Made by a program: the position numbers and the translations under genes. Source: Candidatus Latescibacterota bacterium (lineage in GTDB: Bacteria; Latescibacterota; UBA2968; UBA8231). From it: 64,000 nucleotides of DNA. Of the stretch, positions 49,152 through 59,215 are shown in pieces. A model generated the notes under the pieces. The model saw nothing but the letters and a program-made list of their open reading frames with translations. It made no database searches and was not told the origin of the DNA. The DNA lies in NCBI GenBank assembly GCA_965200315.1, contig OZ241362.1:4928001-4992000 (forward strand), written 5' to 3'. The first letter of the stretch is position 1. Each line of letters begins with the position of its first letter.

Positions 49152-50363
49152 TCAAGATGGGCGAGAAACGCGGGCGAAGATGCACTTGAGGTAGCGTCCG
49201 TCGGGGAAGGCTGGATCTATTGGATGGTCGGCTGGGTGCAGGTTGTAGGCGAGGATGCGGGTGCGGACTCGGGCGCCAGCGGCGGCGCGGCGGACGATTT
49301 GGAAGAAGTCCTCTGGGGAAATTCGCGCCGAGCACGAGGCGGTCACCAGCAGTCCGCCGTCGGCTATGAGGCGGAAGGCGTTGCGATTGAGTTTGGTATA
49401 GACGCCCATGGCTTGTTTGTGCTGGCTGCGTTTCCGCATCAGCGAAGGCGGGTCGCAGACGACGATATCGTAGCGGGGGCCTCGGTCGGCTAGTTCGTCC
49501 ACAAAGGGAAAGACATCGGCGATCAATAGGTCGGAATGGGTGCCTTGGGGGCGGTTGGCGGTGAGGGTGCGGCGGGCCGCGGGCACGACTTGGGGCGATA
49601 TATCGACATCGAGGGTGCAGGATGCACCGCCTTTGAGGGCGTGGGCGGAAAAGCCGCTCGAATAGGAAAAGAGGTTGAGTATGCGCTGGCCGCGGGCGAG
49701 TTGCTGGAGGTAGAAGCGGTTGGTGCGCTGGTCGAGAAAAAAGCCGGTCTTCTGGCCGCGATAGAGGTCGGCGTAGAGGCGCGTGCCGTGCTCTTCGATC
49801 TCGACAAATTCGGGCGGTGTTTCGCCGGCTAGTAGGCCGGTGGGCCGGTCGTTTAGTCCCTCGGCTCGGCGGGTGCCCACATCGCTGCGTTCGTACAGGC
49901 TGCGAGGGGCGCGCAGAGATTGGAGCGCGTCGAGGACGGCGGGGCGTTGCTTTTCCATGCCGGCGGTGTGGAATTGCACCACTAGGTAGCCGGCGTAGTC
50001 GTCGGCAATTAGGCCGGGCAGGCCGTCGCTTTCGCCGTGGACTAGGCGCATGGCGTTGGTGTGGGCGGACAGGCCGGCGCTGCGGCGGAGGGCGATGGCT
50101 TGGGCGATGCGCTCGGTGAAGAAGGCCGCGTCGATGGGCCGGCTGGGGGCTTGGGTGAGGCTGCGCACGCGGATCAGCGAGCGCCGATTGTAAAAGCCGC
50201 GACAGACGAAGCGCTCATCTGCGTCAAAGACATCGACGATGTCGCCGGTGTCGGCGTCATGGGGAGGCCGTTCGATTGCGCCGGAGAAGACCCAGGGGTG
50301 GCCGTTGCGCACGGTGCGCTCGCTGTTGGGGCGCAGGTAGAGGGGTGGATAGTGAGGGGGCAT
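49152..50363 (-). CDS. Class I SAM-dependent rRNA methyltransferase (RlmI-like)
   Basis: GHPWVFSG, HGESDGLPGL, GQKTGFFLDQR, LNLFSY, DPPS, YLK. Confidence 0.88.
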   Translation of the reverse strand: MPPHYPPLYLRPNSERTVRNGHPWVFSGAIERPPHDADTGDIVDVFDADERFVCRGFYNRRSLIRVRSLTQAPSRPIDAAFFTERIAQAIALRRSAGLSAHTNAMRLVHGESDGLPGLIADDYAGYLVVQFHTAGMEKQRPAVLDALQSLRAPRSLYERSDVGTRRAEGLNDRPTGLLAGETPPEFVEIEEHGTRLYADLYRGQKTGFFLDQRTNRFYLQQLARGQRILNLFSYSSGFSAHALKGGASCTLDVDISPQVVPAARRTLTANRPQGTHSDLLIADVFPFVDELADRGPRYDIVVCDPPSLMRKRSQHKQAMGVYTKLNRNAFRLIADGGLLVTASCSARISPEDFFQIVRRAAAGARVRTRILAYNLHPADHPIDPAFPDGRYLKCIFARVSRPS

Positions 50364-50496
50364 GTTCTTTTTCTACGGGTTGTGTCAATTTTCGTTTGAG
50401 ATAGGCAATCTTGGCAAGACTAATTTTGAGAGCCATTCTAATTTGCACAATGCCTTGACCGAGCATAGCAAAAAGATTCTTCAACTTAACCAAGAG

Positions 50497-51602
50497 AGTC
50501 TGTGGAAAAAGGACGGGGCCTACTACTCGCTTTCAGGGGGCACACTGCCTACTGGTCCGCGGGGCCTACAGCGCCGGGCGAATTTTCTCTTTCGCTCGGA
50601 GGATCTCGAAACTTGGGAATACCTGCACCCTTTTGTCGAAGACGATCTATTTAGCATCAACGGCGACGACGGGGCCTGTCCGTATTTTTGGCCCATAGGC
50701 GACAAATACATGCTGCTGTACTACAGCCATCGCAACGGTGGTCAGTACCTGATTGGCGATTACGATCAAGCGCGAGACAAATTGATCGCCCGCGATTACG
50801 GCCGTTTCAACTTTGGTGCCTCTTGGCCCGGAGGAATACACGCACCATCGGCCACCCCTGACGGCAAAGGGGGATTGATTGCAATCTTTAATGTCAATTG
50901 GGGGATGCCGAGCCCGGGTTGGAGCGAGGAGGAACGCCAAGTCCGCCACTTTGGCTGTTGGGAAGGACAGCAGCTTATGAGTCTGCCCCGGCGCCTGAGC
51001 TTGGGTGCTGGTGGCGATGTACAGATTGAACCGGCTGGGGATATCGAATCGCTGCGCGGCAGCCATACGCAGATCGCCGACTGCACCATCAAGGGCAATA
51101 GCGAAACCGTTTTCGACCAAGTCGCCGGCAATGCTATCGCGCTGAACCTCGAGGTCGAGACCAACGGTGCGCCCTTGATCGAGTTGGATGTTTTGCGCTC
51201 ACCGGATCAGCAGGAATATACCCGGATTGCCTTTTACCGGGACCGCGGCGTCAAGCCCCTTGCGCCCGGTATCGGGGCCGGTACGCCGCCCAATAGTGAG
51301 GGCACCTACAGCCTAGTCTCCCTTGATTCTTCCCATGCATCGCTACAGCCTCAGGCGCGATCGCGGCCGCCAGAGATTGCCCCGGTGTTCTTGGCACCGG
51401 AGGAGAATCTCAAGATGCGGGTATTCGTCGACAAAAGCATTGTCGAAGTCTTTGTCAACAACAGGCAATGCCTCGCTGTCCGGGTGTATCCTAGCCGCCA
51501 AGACAGCGTCGGCGTGGCACTGCGGGCGGTGGCCGGGATGTGCGCTTGGTCGTTTTGGATGCCGCGGAGATGAAGAGTATCTATAGCCCAACGGATCAAT
51601 GA
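50497..51602 (+). pseudogene. 5'-truncated GH32-family glycosidase with a C-terminal frameshift
   Basis: Begins at LWKKDG without the N-terminal propeller blades; ACPYFWPIG, MSLPRRL, RVFVDKSIVEVFVN; true tail DVRLVVLDAAEMKSIY lies in another frame. Confidence 0.7.
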
Positions 51603-51635
51603 CCTTGGGCGTTGGGCCTACCCCGAGTCCGCACC

Positions 51636-52361
51636 CTAATCCCAGCTCGGGATCGGGGTCTGCAGCGGATCGTCGATCCAGAGAAAGCGCCCGTTGACGT
51701 TGCTCTCGATGATGTCGAGCACGAGCCGGGCCGCTTTCTCCGGCGGATCCCCACCCGTTTGCTCCACCCACGCCACCCAGTCTTGGTAGCCGCTCTCGCT
51801 GACGGTGCCCATCTTGTCGCGGATATCGGCCCACATCGCGGTCTTGACGTCGCCGGGATGGATGACTTTCGCCGTGACGCCGGTCCCCTCCAACTCGGCG
51901 GCAAGATGGCGGGTGAACTGATTGAGCGCGACCTTCGCCGTGCCGTAGGCGCTGTTCAGCCGCCCGGGGGTGTGCAGCGACGCCGCAGACGAAAGGTTTA
52001 CGATCCGGCCCCAGCCTGCGTCCAGCATTCCGGCGAGGAAAGCGCGGGACACGAGATAGGGCCCCACCGCATCAATCATGAGCGTTTCGACCCATTCCTC
52101 GGGGTCGCTGTCCTGTACGAGGGCGATCGGGCCGAAGACCCCGGCGGCATTGATGAGAACGGTGGGCCGGCCGAGCTCGGCTTCAACCGCGGTTTTGAGG
52201 CGGTCAACAGCGGCCGGGTCCGAGACATCCGCTGTGAATTGCGCCGAGCGGCGTGCGACGGTTGCGACGGCAAGGCCGTGCGCCTTTAGCGCATTTGCGA
52301 TGGCCCGACCAACGCCGCGGCTGGCTCCGGTGACGACTGCGACGTGCCCTTCGAGGTTCAT
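51636..52361 (-). CDS. Short-chain dehydrogenase/reductase
   Basis: TGASRGVG, INAAG, S-YxxxK (YGTAK). Confidence 0.9.
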   Translation of the reverse strand: MNLEGHVAVVTGASRGVGRAIANALKAHGLAVATVARRSAQFTADVSDPAAVDRLKTAVEAELGRPTVLINAAGVFGPIALVQDSDPEEWVETLMIDAVGPYLVSRAFLAGMLDAGWGRIVNLSSAASLHTPGRLNSAYGTAKVALNQFTRHLAAELEGTGVTAKVIHPGDVKTAMWADIRDKMGTVSESGYQDWVAWVEQTGGDPPEKAARLVLDIIESNVNGRFLWIDDPLQTPIPSWD

Positions 52362-53161
52362 GGCCCGGCCTCGGCGGGCACCATGGGATTGTCCGAGTCA
52401 CTCAGGCGTTTCCGCTCGCTGCCCCAGTTGCCGGCGCTGCCGTTCCAGTAGCGGGTGTCGGTGGGGCTGTACGAGAAGAGGTAGGACCAGCGCGGCTTGT
52501 CGGTGGTGTTGGCCGGCCCCCCGTGGACGGTGTATCCGTGATGCACTGTGCAGTCGCCCGGCTGGTAGTGGAAGGGCGGCGAGAGCTCCAGCACGGAGGT
52601 CAGATTCGGGAACTGCTTGAGCAGGTCGCCTTGGTCGTCGTTGAACACCGAACCGAGCGGTCCTTCGCGATGGGAGCGGCTGACGAATCGCATGGCACCC
52701 ATCTCGGGTGGGACTTCCGCCAGTGCCAGCCAGAACTGGAGCTCGCCGACCCGGTCGGAGCCGTGCTCGGAAGAGTCTTGGTGATAGACGGCCCCGGCTG
52801 CTCCGGGGGGCTTGTTTTGGAGGATATCCACTCGGTAGCGGAGCGGAACGTCCTCGCCCTTGAACCGCTTCCTGTTCACGAGGCGCGTCGCGTTTTGTGC
52901 CATGCGCTCGCTGAACATGAATGAGCGAAACGGCTCGGCCTCTTGATGCCGAGATAGGCCGACGGCCGGCTTGCGAGGGCCAACCTCCTGACTGTTGCGA
53001 TCGACCCACTCCCGTCCGACGCGCAAAAGCTGTGCGGCAAACTCCGGCGCAACGAGCCGCGGCATCATAACCCAGCCGTATTCGTGGTAGAAGGCGATCT
53101 CCTCGTCTGTGACCTCTCGGACGACGGTCTCGATCTCGTGCTTTGTCAGTGCTTGTTCCAT
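52358..53161 (-). CDS. PhyH-family dioxygenase
   Basis: EEIAFYHEYGW, YHQD, WLALAEV..EMGAM, HHGYTVHG. Confidence 0.85.
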   Translation of the reverse strand: MEQALTKHEIETVVREVTDEEIAFYHEYGWVMMPRLVAPEFAAQLLRVGREWVDRNSQEVGPRKPAVGLSRHQEAEPFRSFMFSERMAQNATRLVNRKRFKGEDVPLRYRVDILQNKPPGAAGAVYHQDSSEHGSDRVGELQFWLALAEVPPEMGAMRFVSRSHREGPLGSVFNDDQGDLLKQFPNLTSVLELSPPFHYQPGDCTVHHGYTVHGGPANTTDKPRWSYLFSYSPTDTRYWNGSAGNWGSERKRLSDSDNPMVPAEAGP

Positions 53162-53187
53162 CACTCGGGCTCCCATTGTGCTACTGT

Positions 53188-53230
53188 GCGGATCGGAAGG
53201 ATAAGAAGTTTTTATGAACGCGTTGTCAAG
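53188..53230 (-). promoter_or_regulatory. Promoter-like motif TTGACA-N20-TATCCT
   Basis: One of three copies of TTGACAAC-N18-TATCSTTCC..ATCCGC. Confidence 0.55.
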
Positions 53231-53365
53231 GGGCCGCGCTCAGCGCGGAACAGTGTGTTCCCCTGCGCCGGCACAGGTGAAGTAGAGGCAGGACCGCTGC
53301 GAGAATCCCACGGCAATCAGGGCCTTGATGCCGTGGCCGCTCAAAGGAATCTACGCGGCCGCCGA

Positions 53366-54688
53366 TCATACTTGGTCGAGTGCGTCCTTGAGGCTTTGCT
53401 CGACGAGGTCGAAAAGCTCGTCAACTTGGGGCTTGTCGATGATGAGGGCGGGCACGACGGCGAACCAGCTCGGATCAACCCGCAGGATGACTCCGTTCTG
53501 CAGAGCCGTCTTCTTGAGCGCCCGGCCCAGCTCTGGGAACGGCTCGCGGCTCGACGTATCCTTCACCAGTTCAACCCCTCTCAGCAACCCCTTGCCCCGA
53601 ACCTCCCGCACGACGCCGAGCGATTTCAGGCCATCGAGCTTGGCGGCGAGGTAGTCGCCCATCTCGCGGGCATGGGCAGCGAGGCTGCGCTCCACGATCT
53701 CGTCAACCACGGCGATGCCGACCGCGCAGGCGAGTGGATGGCCTGCGTAGGTGTGCCCGTGGGCGAAGTTTTCGCCGGGTTCGTAGAAGTAATCCCCCAT
53801 CCCCTCGCGAGCCATTAGCGCTCCGAGGGGAATGGCGCCACTCGACAGCCCTTTGCTGCCGCAGATGATGTCGGGCGTCACCCCAAAGGTGTGGGCGGCA
53901 AACATCGCTCCCGTGCGCCCGAAGCCGGTGATGATCTCGTCGTAGATGAGCACGACGTCGTGGCGGTCGCAGATGTCGCGGATGATCTGGAAGTACTCGT
54001 CCGTGGGCGTGATGATACCCCCGGTGTTCGACACCGGTTCGAGGATGATGCCGGCCACCGTCGCCGGATCTTCACTGATGATGACATCCTCGAACTGCTG
54101 AGCCGCGAACCGGTTCGCCTCATCCCAGTCGCCGAAGCGATCTCGGTAGTGAGTTGGGGGGAATACTTTGAGGAAACCCGGCGGGGCCGGCTCGAATGGG
54201 GTTTTGCGCTCTCCCGTACCGCTGGCTGCCATGGCGCCCATGGTGGCGCCGTGGTAGGCTTGATAGCGGCTGATGAACTTGTACTTGTGGGGATGGCCCG
54301 ACTGCTTGAAATACTGGCGAGTGAACTTGATCGCCGCCTCCATAGACTCCGAGCCGCCGCTGAACGCTTTCACGTAGTTGAGGTCGCCGGGCGTGACGCT
54401 GCCGAGCTTCTCGACGAAATCGAGCGTCACGTCGGCCGTGCCGTGCATGGGCGGCGCAAAGGCGAGCTTGTCCCATTGGGCCCGCATGGCCTCTTCGATG
54501 CGCGGATGGCGGTGGCCGAGCAGGGTTGAGTAGATACCGCTGATGCCGTCGAAGTAGCGTTTCCCGTCCGCGTCCCAGTAGTAGAGCCCTTCCGCCCGCG
54601 ACACGATGAGCGGATTGTTCATGAACTCGGCCGTCGATTGGTAGTCGAGGAAGGTTCTTCTGAGCAGCTTCTCCTGTCGTGCGTCCAC
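53366..54688 (-). CDS. Class III PLP aminotransferase
   Basis: GSESMEAAIK, YHGAT, ILEPV, DEIITGFGRTG, SKGLSSG, HGHTY; GTG start with GGAG RBS. Confidence 0.92.
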   Translation of the reverse strand: MDARQEKLLRRTFLDYQSTAEFMNNPLIVSRAEGLYYWDADGKRYFDGISGIYSTLLGHRHPRIEEAMRAQWDKLAFAPPMHGTADVTLDFVEKLGSVTPGDLNYVKAFSGGSESMEAAIKFTRQYFKQSGHPHKYKFISRYQAYHGATMGAMAASGTGERKTPFEPAPPGFLKVFPPTHYRDRFGDWDEANRFAAQQFEDVIISEDPATVAGIILEPVSNTGGIITPTDEYFQIIRDICDRHDVVLIYDEIITGFGRTGAMFAAHTFGVTPDIICGSKGLSSGAIPLGALMAREGMGDYFYEPGENFAHGHTYAGHPLACAVGIAVVDEIVERSLAAHAREMGDYLAAKLDGLKSLGVVREVRGKGLLRGVELVKDTSSREPFPELGRALKKTALQNGVILRVDPSWFAVVPALIIDKPQVDELFDLVEQSLKDALDQV

Positions 54689-54721
54689 GTTTATTGCTCC
54701 CTCCCCGCCGCAACAGCGCAG

Positions 54722-54812
54722 GCGGATCGGAACGATAAGAAGCCTTTGCGGACGCGTTGTCAAGGCCGTATTGACAACATATCGGTAAGGGCGCTTTATC
54801 GTTCCTAATCCG
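54722..54812. promoter_or_regulatory. Back-to-back divergent copies of TTGACA-N20-TATCGT
   Basis: ggaacgataa..gttgtcaa-ggccgta-ttgacaac..ttatcgttcc, symmetric about 54767. Confidence 0.6.
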
Positions 54813-54858
54813 CACCATGTGGATGGAGGTGTGAGGTTGAGACACTGACGGAGGAACC

Positions 54859-55488
54859 ATGAACCAGAAGAGTAATCCAGAACCGACGGCAGAGGCCGTC
54901 CCGATCGAGGGTTTTGAGAAGGCCGTTACTGAGCTGGCCGCGCACGAGGGCTGGCGCACCGGGTGTCCCCCGCAGTGGTATCCCACGCACTCCAATGCCT
55001 ACTATGTGGGCGTCACCGGCGGGAGTTTCACCGCGGTCTCTTGCATGGGCATGCTCAGCAGCGTCGATCATCTGAAGGCTGAAAACAATCGATACGGCAA
55101 CCCGTTTGGCACCGAAATCGCGCTATTCCGCACCAGTGACGGCGGTATGGCCCGGATGGCGGTTAGCTGGGATACGCCGGGTGTCGGCGGGGAGACGGGC
55201 CGGATTCGCACGGAGAAAAGTACCTTCTACGGCACGTTCCAGAATGACGGGCCGGACCCTGTGCCGGCAACATTCAAGCGCCCGCCTCTTCCTCCGGGGG
55301 TGGAGGCCGGCGCGCACGGCGGCTCCCACGGCTACCTGATGTGCGAGTTCGTCGATGCGCTCCTGCTGGACCGCCCGCCTCTCATCGACGTGGCCCAAGC
55401 ACTTAACATGACGGTCAGCGGCATCGTCGCGCACGAGTCGGCGCTGAAGGACGGCGAACTGCTGAAGATTCCGCAGTACGCCCTGTAG
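54859..55488 (+). pseudogene. Gfo/Idh/MocA oxidoreductase lacking its NAD-binding domain (apparent in-frame deletion)
   Basis: Short N-terminus PIEGFEKA runs directly into C-terminal-half motifs GWR.G.PPQWYPTHS, HGGSHGYL..EFV, GIVAHESA; no GxGxxG. Confidence 0.6.
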
Positions 55489-55536
55489 GCTCCCATCGCG
55501 TTAGATCTGCTTCCGGCTGGCTACTTGAACCGATTT

Positions 55537-56880
55537 TCAACTGAGATACTGCTTGGCCTCTTTGCCCACTAGCTCGCGCAGATCGGGATCGTCAACGCAG
55601 AAGATGCGGAAAATTTTGGCTTGGTCTTCGAAGTTGTGCAGCAGCGAATCGCGCAGGCGGGAGACCTCTGGGTCGGCAAAGGTCCGGGGGTCGGTCTTGT
55701 CGGCGGGAAGTGTGCGGCCGTAGAAGACCCTCAGATCGACTTCCGGGGTCTTGTTGAAGCTGGGAATGTCGATGAGGATCTCGTGGCCTTGGAATGTGCG
55801 GCCGAGCCGCTGGCCGAAGACTTGGCACAGCTCGATTTCCTTGGCGCGGCGCTTGTAGGGATGGCGGAAGAGAAAGTCGAGGCGGTTCATCAGGGGCTGG
55901 GTGCGCTCGCTGGGGTGGATGACAGCAGCGACCTTGTAGAGGCGGCGGTGGATCGTGCCTTCGAGGAGCTGGGCGGAGGTTTCTAGCCCTAGGCGCTCCT
56001 GCTCGCGCTGGAGACGAGCGATTAGCCCACTCTCAGTGAGGCGGTGGAAGTCGGAGAGGTCGAGCTGGTTGTGCGGGCGGAGGAGGATTTCTTGCACTGC
56101 GCGCTTGAACATGGCCGATGCCGAGCGCACCCCGTGGTGCCAATACACGTTGCGGTACATTTGGTAATTGGTAAAGACGAGGGCTTCGACCGCGGAAACG
56201 CCCTTGCTGGTGATGGCCAGCCGCTGGCGCTCAGGATCGAACTTGATGGAGGCGATCAGGCGGTCGCGGTTGACGCTTTCGCCGAAGGGAACGCCGCAAA
56301 ACATGGAATCGCGCAGGAGGTAGTCGATTTTGTCGGGGTCGAGGGTGCTGCTGAGGATATTGGCCAAGAGCAGGTCCTCGGGAGGAATCGCGCGGCCGCT
56401 ATTTTCGTAGTCGATGACGTTGGCTACGCGCACTGGGTCAATCTGGAATTTATCGGCAATCGTCTGGTAGAGTTCGCCGTCTTGGTCTTCGATGATCTGC
56501 CGCGCGCCTTCTTCGTGCCGGACGAAAAAAGGCCTTAGTTCTTCGAGGGTATGCGAGAAGGGGTAGTGGCCGATGTCGTGGAGCAAGGTGGCGGCGATGA
56601 AGACGCGCACGTCCTCTGCGCTCAGCACGAGAGGCGGGGCCGAGTCGAGGAGGCGGGCCAAAAACTGCTTGGCCAAGTGATAGACGCCCAGCGAGTGCTC
56701 AAAGCGGGAGTGGCGCGCACCTGGATACACCAGATGCACGTAGCCGAGCTGGGAGATGTTGCGCAGGCGCTGGAAGGCCCGGGTATCGACGAGGGCGAGG
56801 ACGGGAGCGGGGAAGTGGATATAGCCCCAAACCGGGTCGCGGATGACCTTGCCTTCTTCGGCTAAAAGCGGATGATCCAT
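55537..56880 (-). CDS. HD-domain phosphohydrolase (SAMHD1/YdhJ-like putative dNTPase)
   Basis: IRDPVWG, FQRLR, HSRFEHSLG, LLHDIGHYPFSH, DPDKIDYLLRD, VYWHH. Confidence 0.88.
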   Translation of the reverse strand: MDHPLLAEEGKVIRDPVWGYIHFPAPVLALVDTRAFQRLRNISQLGYVHLVYPGARHSRFEHSLGVYHLAKQFLARLLDSAPPLVLSAEDVRVFIAATLLHDIGHYPFSHTLEELRPFFVRHEEGARQIIEDQDGELYQTIADKFQIDPVRVANVIDYENSGRAIPPEDLLLANILSSTLDPDKIDYLLRDSMFCGVPFGESVNRDRLIASIKFDPERQRLAITSKGVSAVEALVFTNYQMYRNVYWHHGVRSASAMFKRAVQEILLRPHNQLDLSDFHRLTESGLIARLQREQERLGLETSAQLLEGTIHRRLYKVAAVIHPSERTQPLMNRLDFLFRHPYKRRAKEIELCQVFGQRLGRTFQGHEILIDIPSFNKTPEVDLRVFYGRTLPADKTDPRTFADPEVSRLRDSLLHNFEDQAKIFRIFCVDDPDLRELVGKEAKQYLS

Positions 56881-57042
56881 AGCATTGGCCAATCTATGAG
56901 GGGCGTGTTACCCTGTCAAGAAATATGCGCCGAACTCGTTATGAAAGCGATACTTAGGGCATTTTGTTGCGCGGGCCGTCCATTGACACAAAATCGATTG
57001 GCTCCTATCTTAAAAAATTTTGTTTGACTAAGGGACACACGT

Positions 57043-57444
57043 ATGGAACGCACGTTGATGATTATCAAGCCCGATGCGGTCGCCAAAAACGCCATCGGCC
57101 AGATTATTGCCCGCGTCGAGAGAGCGGGGTTTGTGGTGCGCGCCTTGCGCATGGTCGAGCTGTCTGCCGAGCAGGCGCGGGCCTTCTACGCCGTGCATCG
57201 GGAGCGCCCCTTTTACGGCGAGTTGGTGGAATTTATGACCTCCGGGCCAGCGGTGCCGATGGTGCTAGCGCGCGCCGATGCCGTAGCGCATCTGCGCGAT
57301 TTCATTGGCCCGACCAACAGCACAGAGGCCCCGGCGGGCACGATTCGCGGCGACTTTGGCACGGACGTGCAGTGCAATGCCGTCCACGCCTCGGACTCAG
57401 CGGCCAACGCCAAGTCCGAGATCGCGTTTTTCTTTGCCGGCTGA
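57043..57444 (+). CDS. ndk: Nucleoside-diphosphate kinase
   Basis: ERTLMIIKPDAV, GTIRGDF, NAVHASDS. Confidence 0.96.
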   Translation: MERTLMIIKPDAVAKNAIGQIIARVERAGFVVRALRMVELSAEQARAFYAVHRERPFYGELVEFMTSGPAVPMVLARADAVAHLRDFIGPTNSTEAPAGTIRGDFGTDVQCNAVHASDSAANAKSEIAFFFAG

Positions 57445-57452
57445 GCAATCCC

Positions 57453-57992
57453 ATGAGCGCCTTGCTAGTACTCGACGACCTCACAGAGGGCCCCAATGCG
57501 CTCGCCTTTGAACTGAGTGCAGAGGAACTGGAGCTAAAAGACGAATTTTTCACTTTTCCCTCCAGTGTTGAAGCCCGCATTGAAGTGCGGCGTGCGCTCG
57601 ACAATTTCAAAATTGATGGGGTCGTTACCTGCTGCATTACCGGCGAGTGTTATCGCTGTCTAGAGGAAGTACAAGAAGAGATCACAGCGCGGTTTCGCTT
57701 GCTTTTGCAGCGCCGCCAAGCTACCCCCGAAGAGTTGGCGTCGGCAGAAAAAGACGGGTTTATCGAGATCGTCGATCCGGGGACGCGCGAGGTTGATCTG
57801 TGCGCGTGCATCCGCGAGGCCGTGATCTTGGACTTGCCGATGCGCATACCCACCCCAGACGCCGATGGGCGGTGCCCGCACTGCGGAGTAGAAGGGATCG
57901 CCGACCCCACCTCCGAGCAGAAGCGAGAAGTGGACCCGCGTTGGGCTGCACTCGCGCTGATCGAATTTTCCCAACCCAAAGAAGGTTCTTGA
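57453..57992 (+). CDS. DUF177/YceD family protein
   Basis: ECYRCLE, DLPM, CPHCG, DPRWAAL; directly upstream of rpmF. Confidence 0.85.
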   Translation: MSALLVLDDLTEGPNALAFELSAEELELKDEFFTFPSSVEARIEVRRALDNFKIDGVVTCCITGECYRCLEEVQEEITARFRLLLQRRQATPEELASAEKDGFIEIVDPGTREVDLCACIREAVILDLPMRIPTPDADGRCPHCGVEGIADPTSEQKREVDPRWAALALIEFSQPKEGS

Positions 57993-58004
57993 GAGGAGTT
58001 CCCC

Positions 58005-58187
58005 GTGGCTGCAGTACCTAAGAGGAGAATTTCACGCACCCGCCGCGACAAGCGGCGCACTCACTGGAAGATCAAGGCAGCGGCGAGGACTACTTGCTCC
58101 CACTGCGGACAGCCCGCCCTGCCCCACCGAGTCTGCCCGAGCTGCGGCTTCTATCGCGGCCGCGAATACGTCGAGCCTGAAGTATAA
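58005..58187 (+). CDS. rpmF: 50S ribosomal protein L32
   Basis: AVPKRRISRTRRDKRR, CSHCG, HRVCPSCGFY. Confidence 0.95.
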   Translation: MAAVPKRRISRTRRDKRRTHWKIKAAARTTCSHCGQPALPHRVCPSCGFYRGREYVEPEV

Positions 58188-58209
58188 GCTGCTCGGGGCG
58201 GATGCTTCC

Positions 58210-59214
58210 GTGGCTGAAGGGAAAAAAAAATTTCGCGCGGCCATTACGGCAACTGCGCATTTCCTGCCCGACAAGGTGGTCTCCAATGCCGATCTGGAGC
58301 GGCTGGTAGATACCTCGGACGAGTGGATTCGCACGCGCACCGGCATTGCCGAGCGGCGCTTCCTGCCGGCGGACGAGCCGACTTCCACTATGGCTATCGC
58401 CGTGGCCCAAGAGCTATTGGCGCGCCGTGGAATTGATGCCTCCGACATCGACCTAATCATCGTCGCGACCATTACGCCAGACATGATTTTCCCGGCGACG
58501 GCCTGCTTGGTGCAACACGCTATCGGTGCTAGTGGGGTCTGGGCTTACGACCTGTCGGCGGCTTGCTCTGGCTTTGTCTTCGCCGTGGCGACTGGTGCGC
58601 AATTTATCGAAAGCGGTGTGCACCACCGGGTAATGGTCATTGGTGCCGACAAGATGAGCACCATCCTCGACTTTGAGGATCGCACGACTTGCGTACTCTT
58701 TGGCGACGGAGCGGGTGGGGTGTTGTTGGAGCGCGGCGAGGATGGGGCCGGGCTGATCGACTTCGAGCTATACGCCGACGGTGCCGCGGTCGAATGCCTG
58801 CATATCAAAGGTGGCGGCAGCCTGCATCCCCCTTCGCACGAGACCGTAGATCTGCGCATGCACTACATCCGCCAAGAGGGGCGCACGGTGTTCCGGTTCG
58901 CCGTAGAAAAGATGGCCGAAGTGTCGGTCAGTCTTCTGGTGCGCAACGGCTTTACGGGCGAAGACCTCAAGCTCTTCGTACCTCATCAAGCCAATAAGCG
59001 CATTATCGACGCTGCGGCCCAGCGCATGGGTCTCCCCCCGGAAAAAGTAATGATGAATATCGACCGCTACGCCAACACCACGGCCGCGACGATTCCCATT
59101 GCCTTGGCAGAAGCTGCTGATCAAGGCCGATTGGAGCGCGGCGACTTGGTGCTAATGACCGGCGTCGGCGGTGGCCTCACGTGGGGCAGCACCTTGTTTC
59201 GCTGGGGGCAATAA
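58210..59214 (+). CDS. fabH: 3-oxoacyl-ACP synthase III
   Basis: DTSDEWIRTRTGI, AACSGF, LFGDGAG, PHQAN, YANT. Confidence 0.95.
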   Translation: MAEGKKKFRAAITATAHFLPDKVVSNADLERLVDTSDEWIRTRTGIAERRFLPADEPTSTMAIAVAQELLARRGIDASDIDLIIVATITPDMIFPATACLVQHAIGASGVWAYDLSAACSGFVFAVATGAQFIESGVHHRVMVIGADKMSTILDFEDRTTCVLFGDGAGGVLLERGEDGAGLIDFELYADGAAVECLHIKGGGSLHPPSHETVDLRMHYIRQEGRTVFRFAVEKMAEVSVSLLVRNGFTGEDLKLFVPHQANKRIIDAAAQRMGLPPEKVMMNIDRYANTTAATIPIALAEAADQGRLERGDLVLMTGVGGGLTWGSTLFRWGQ

Positions 59215-59215
59215 G

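Noticed and set aside
56964-57992. 342-aa ORF overlapping ndk
   Set aside because: Spurious upstream extension; YceD starts at 57453
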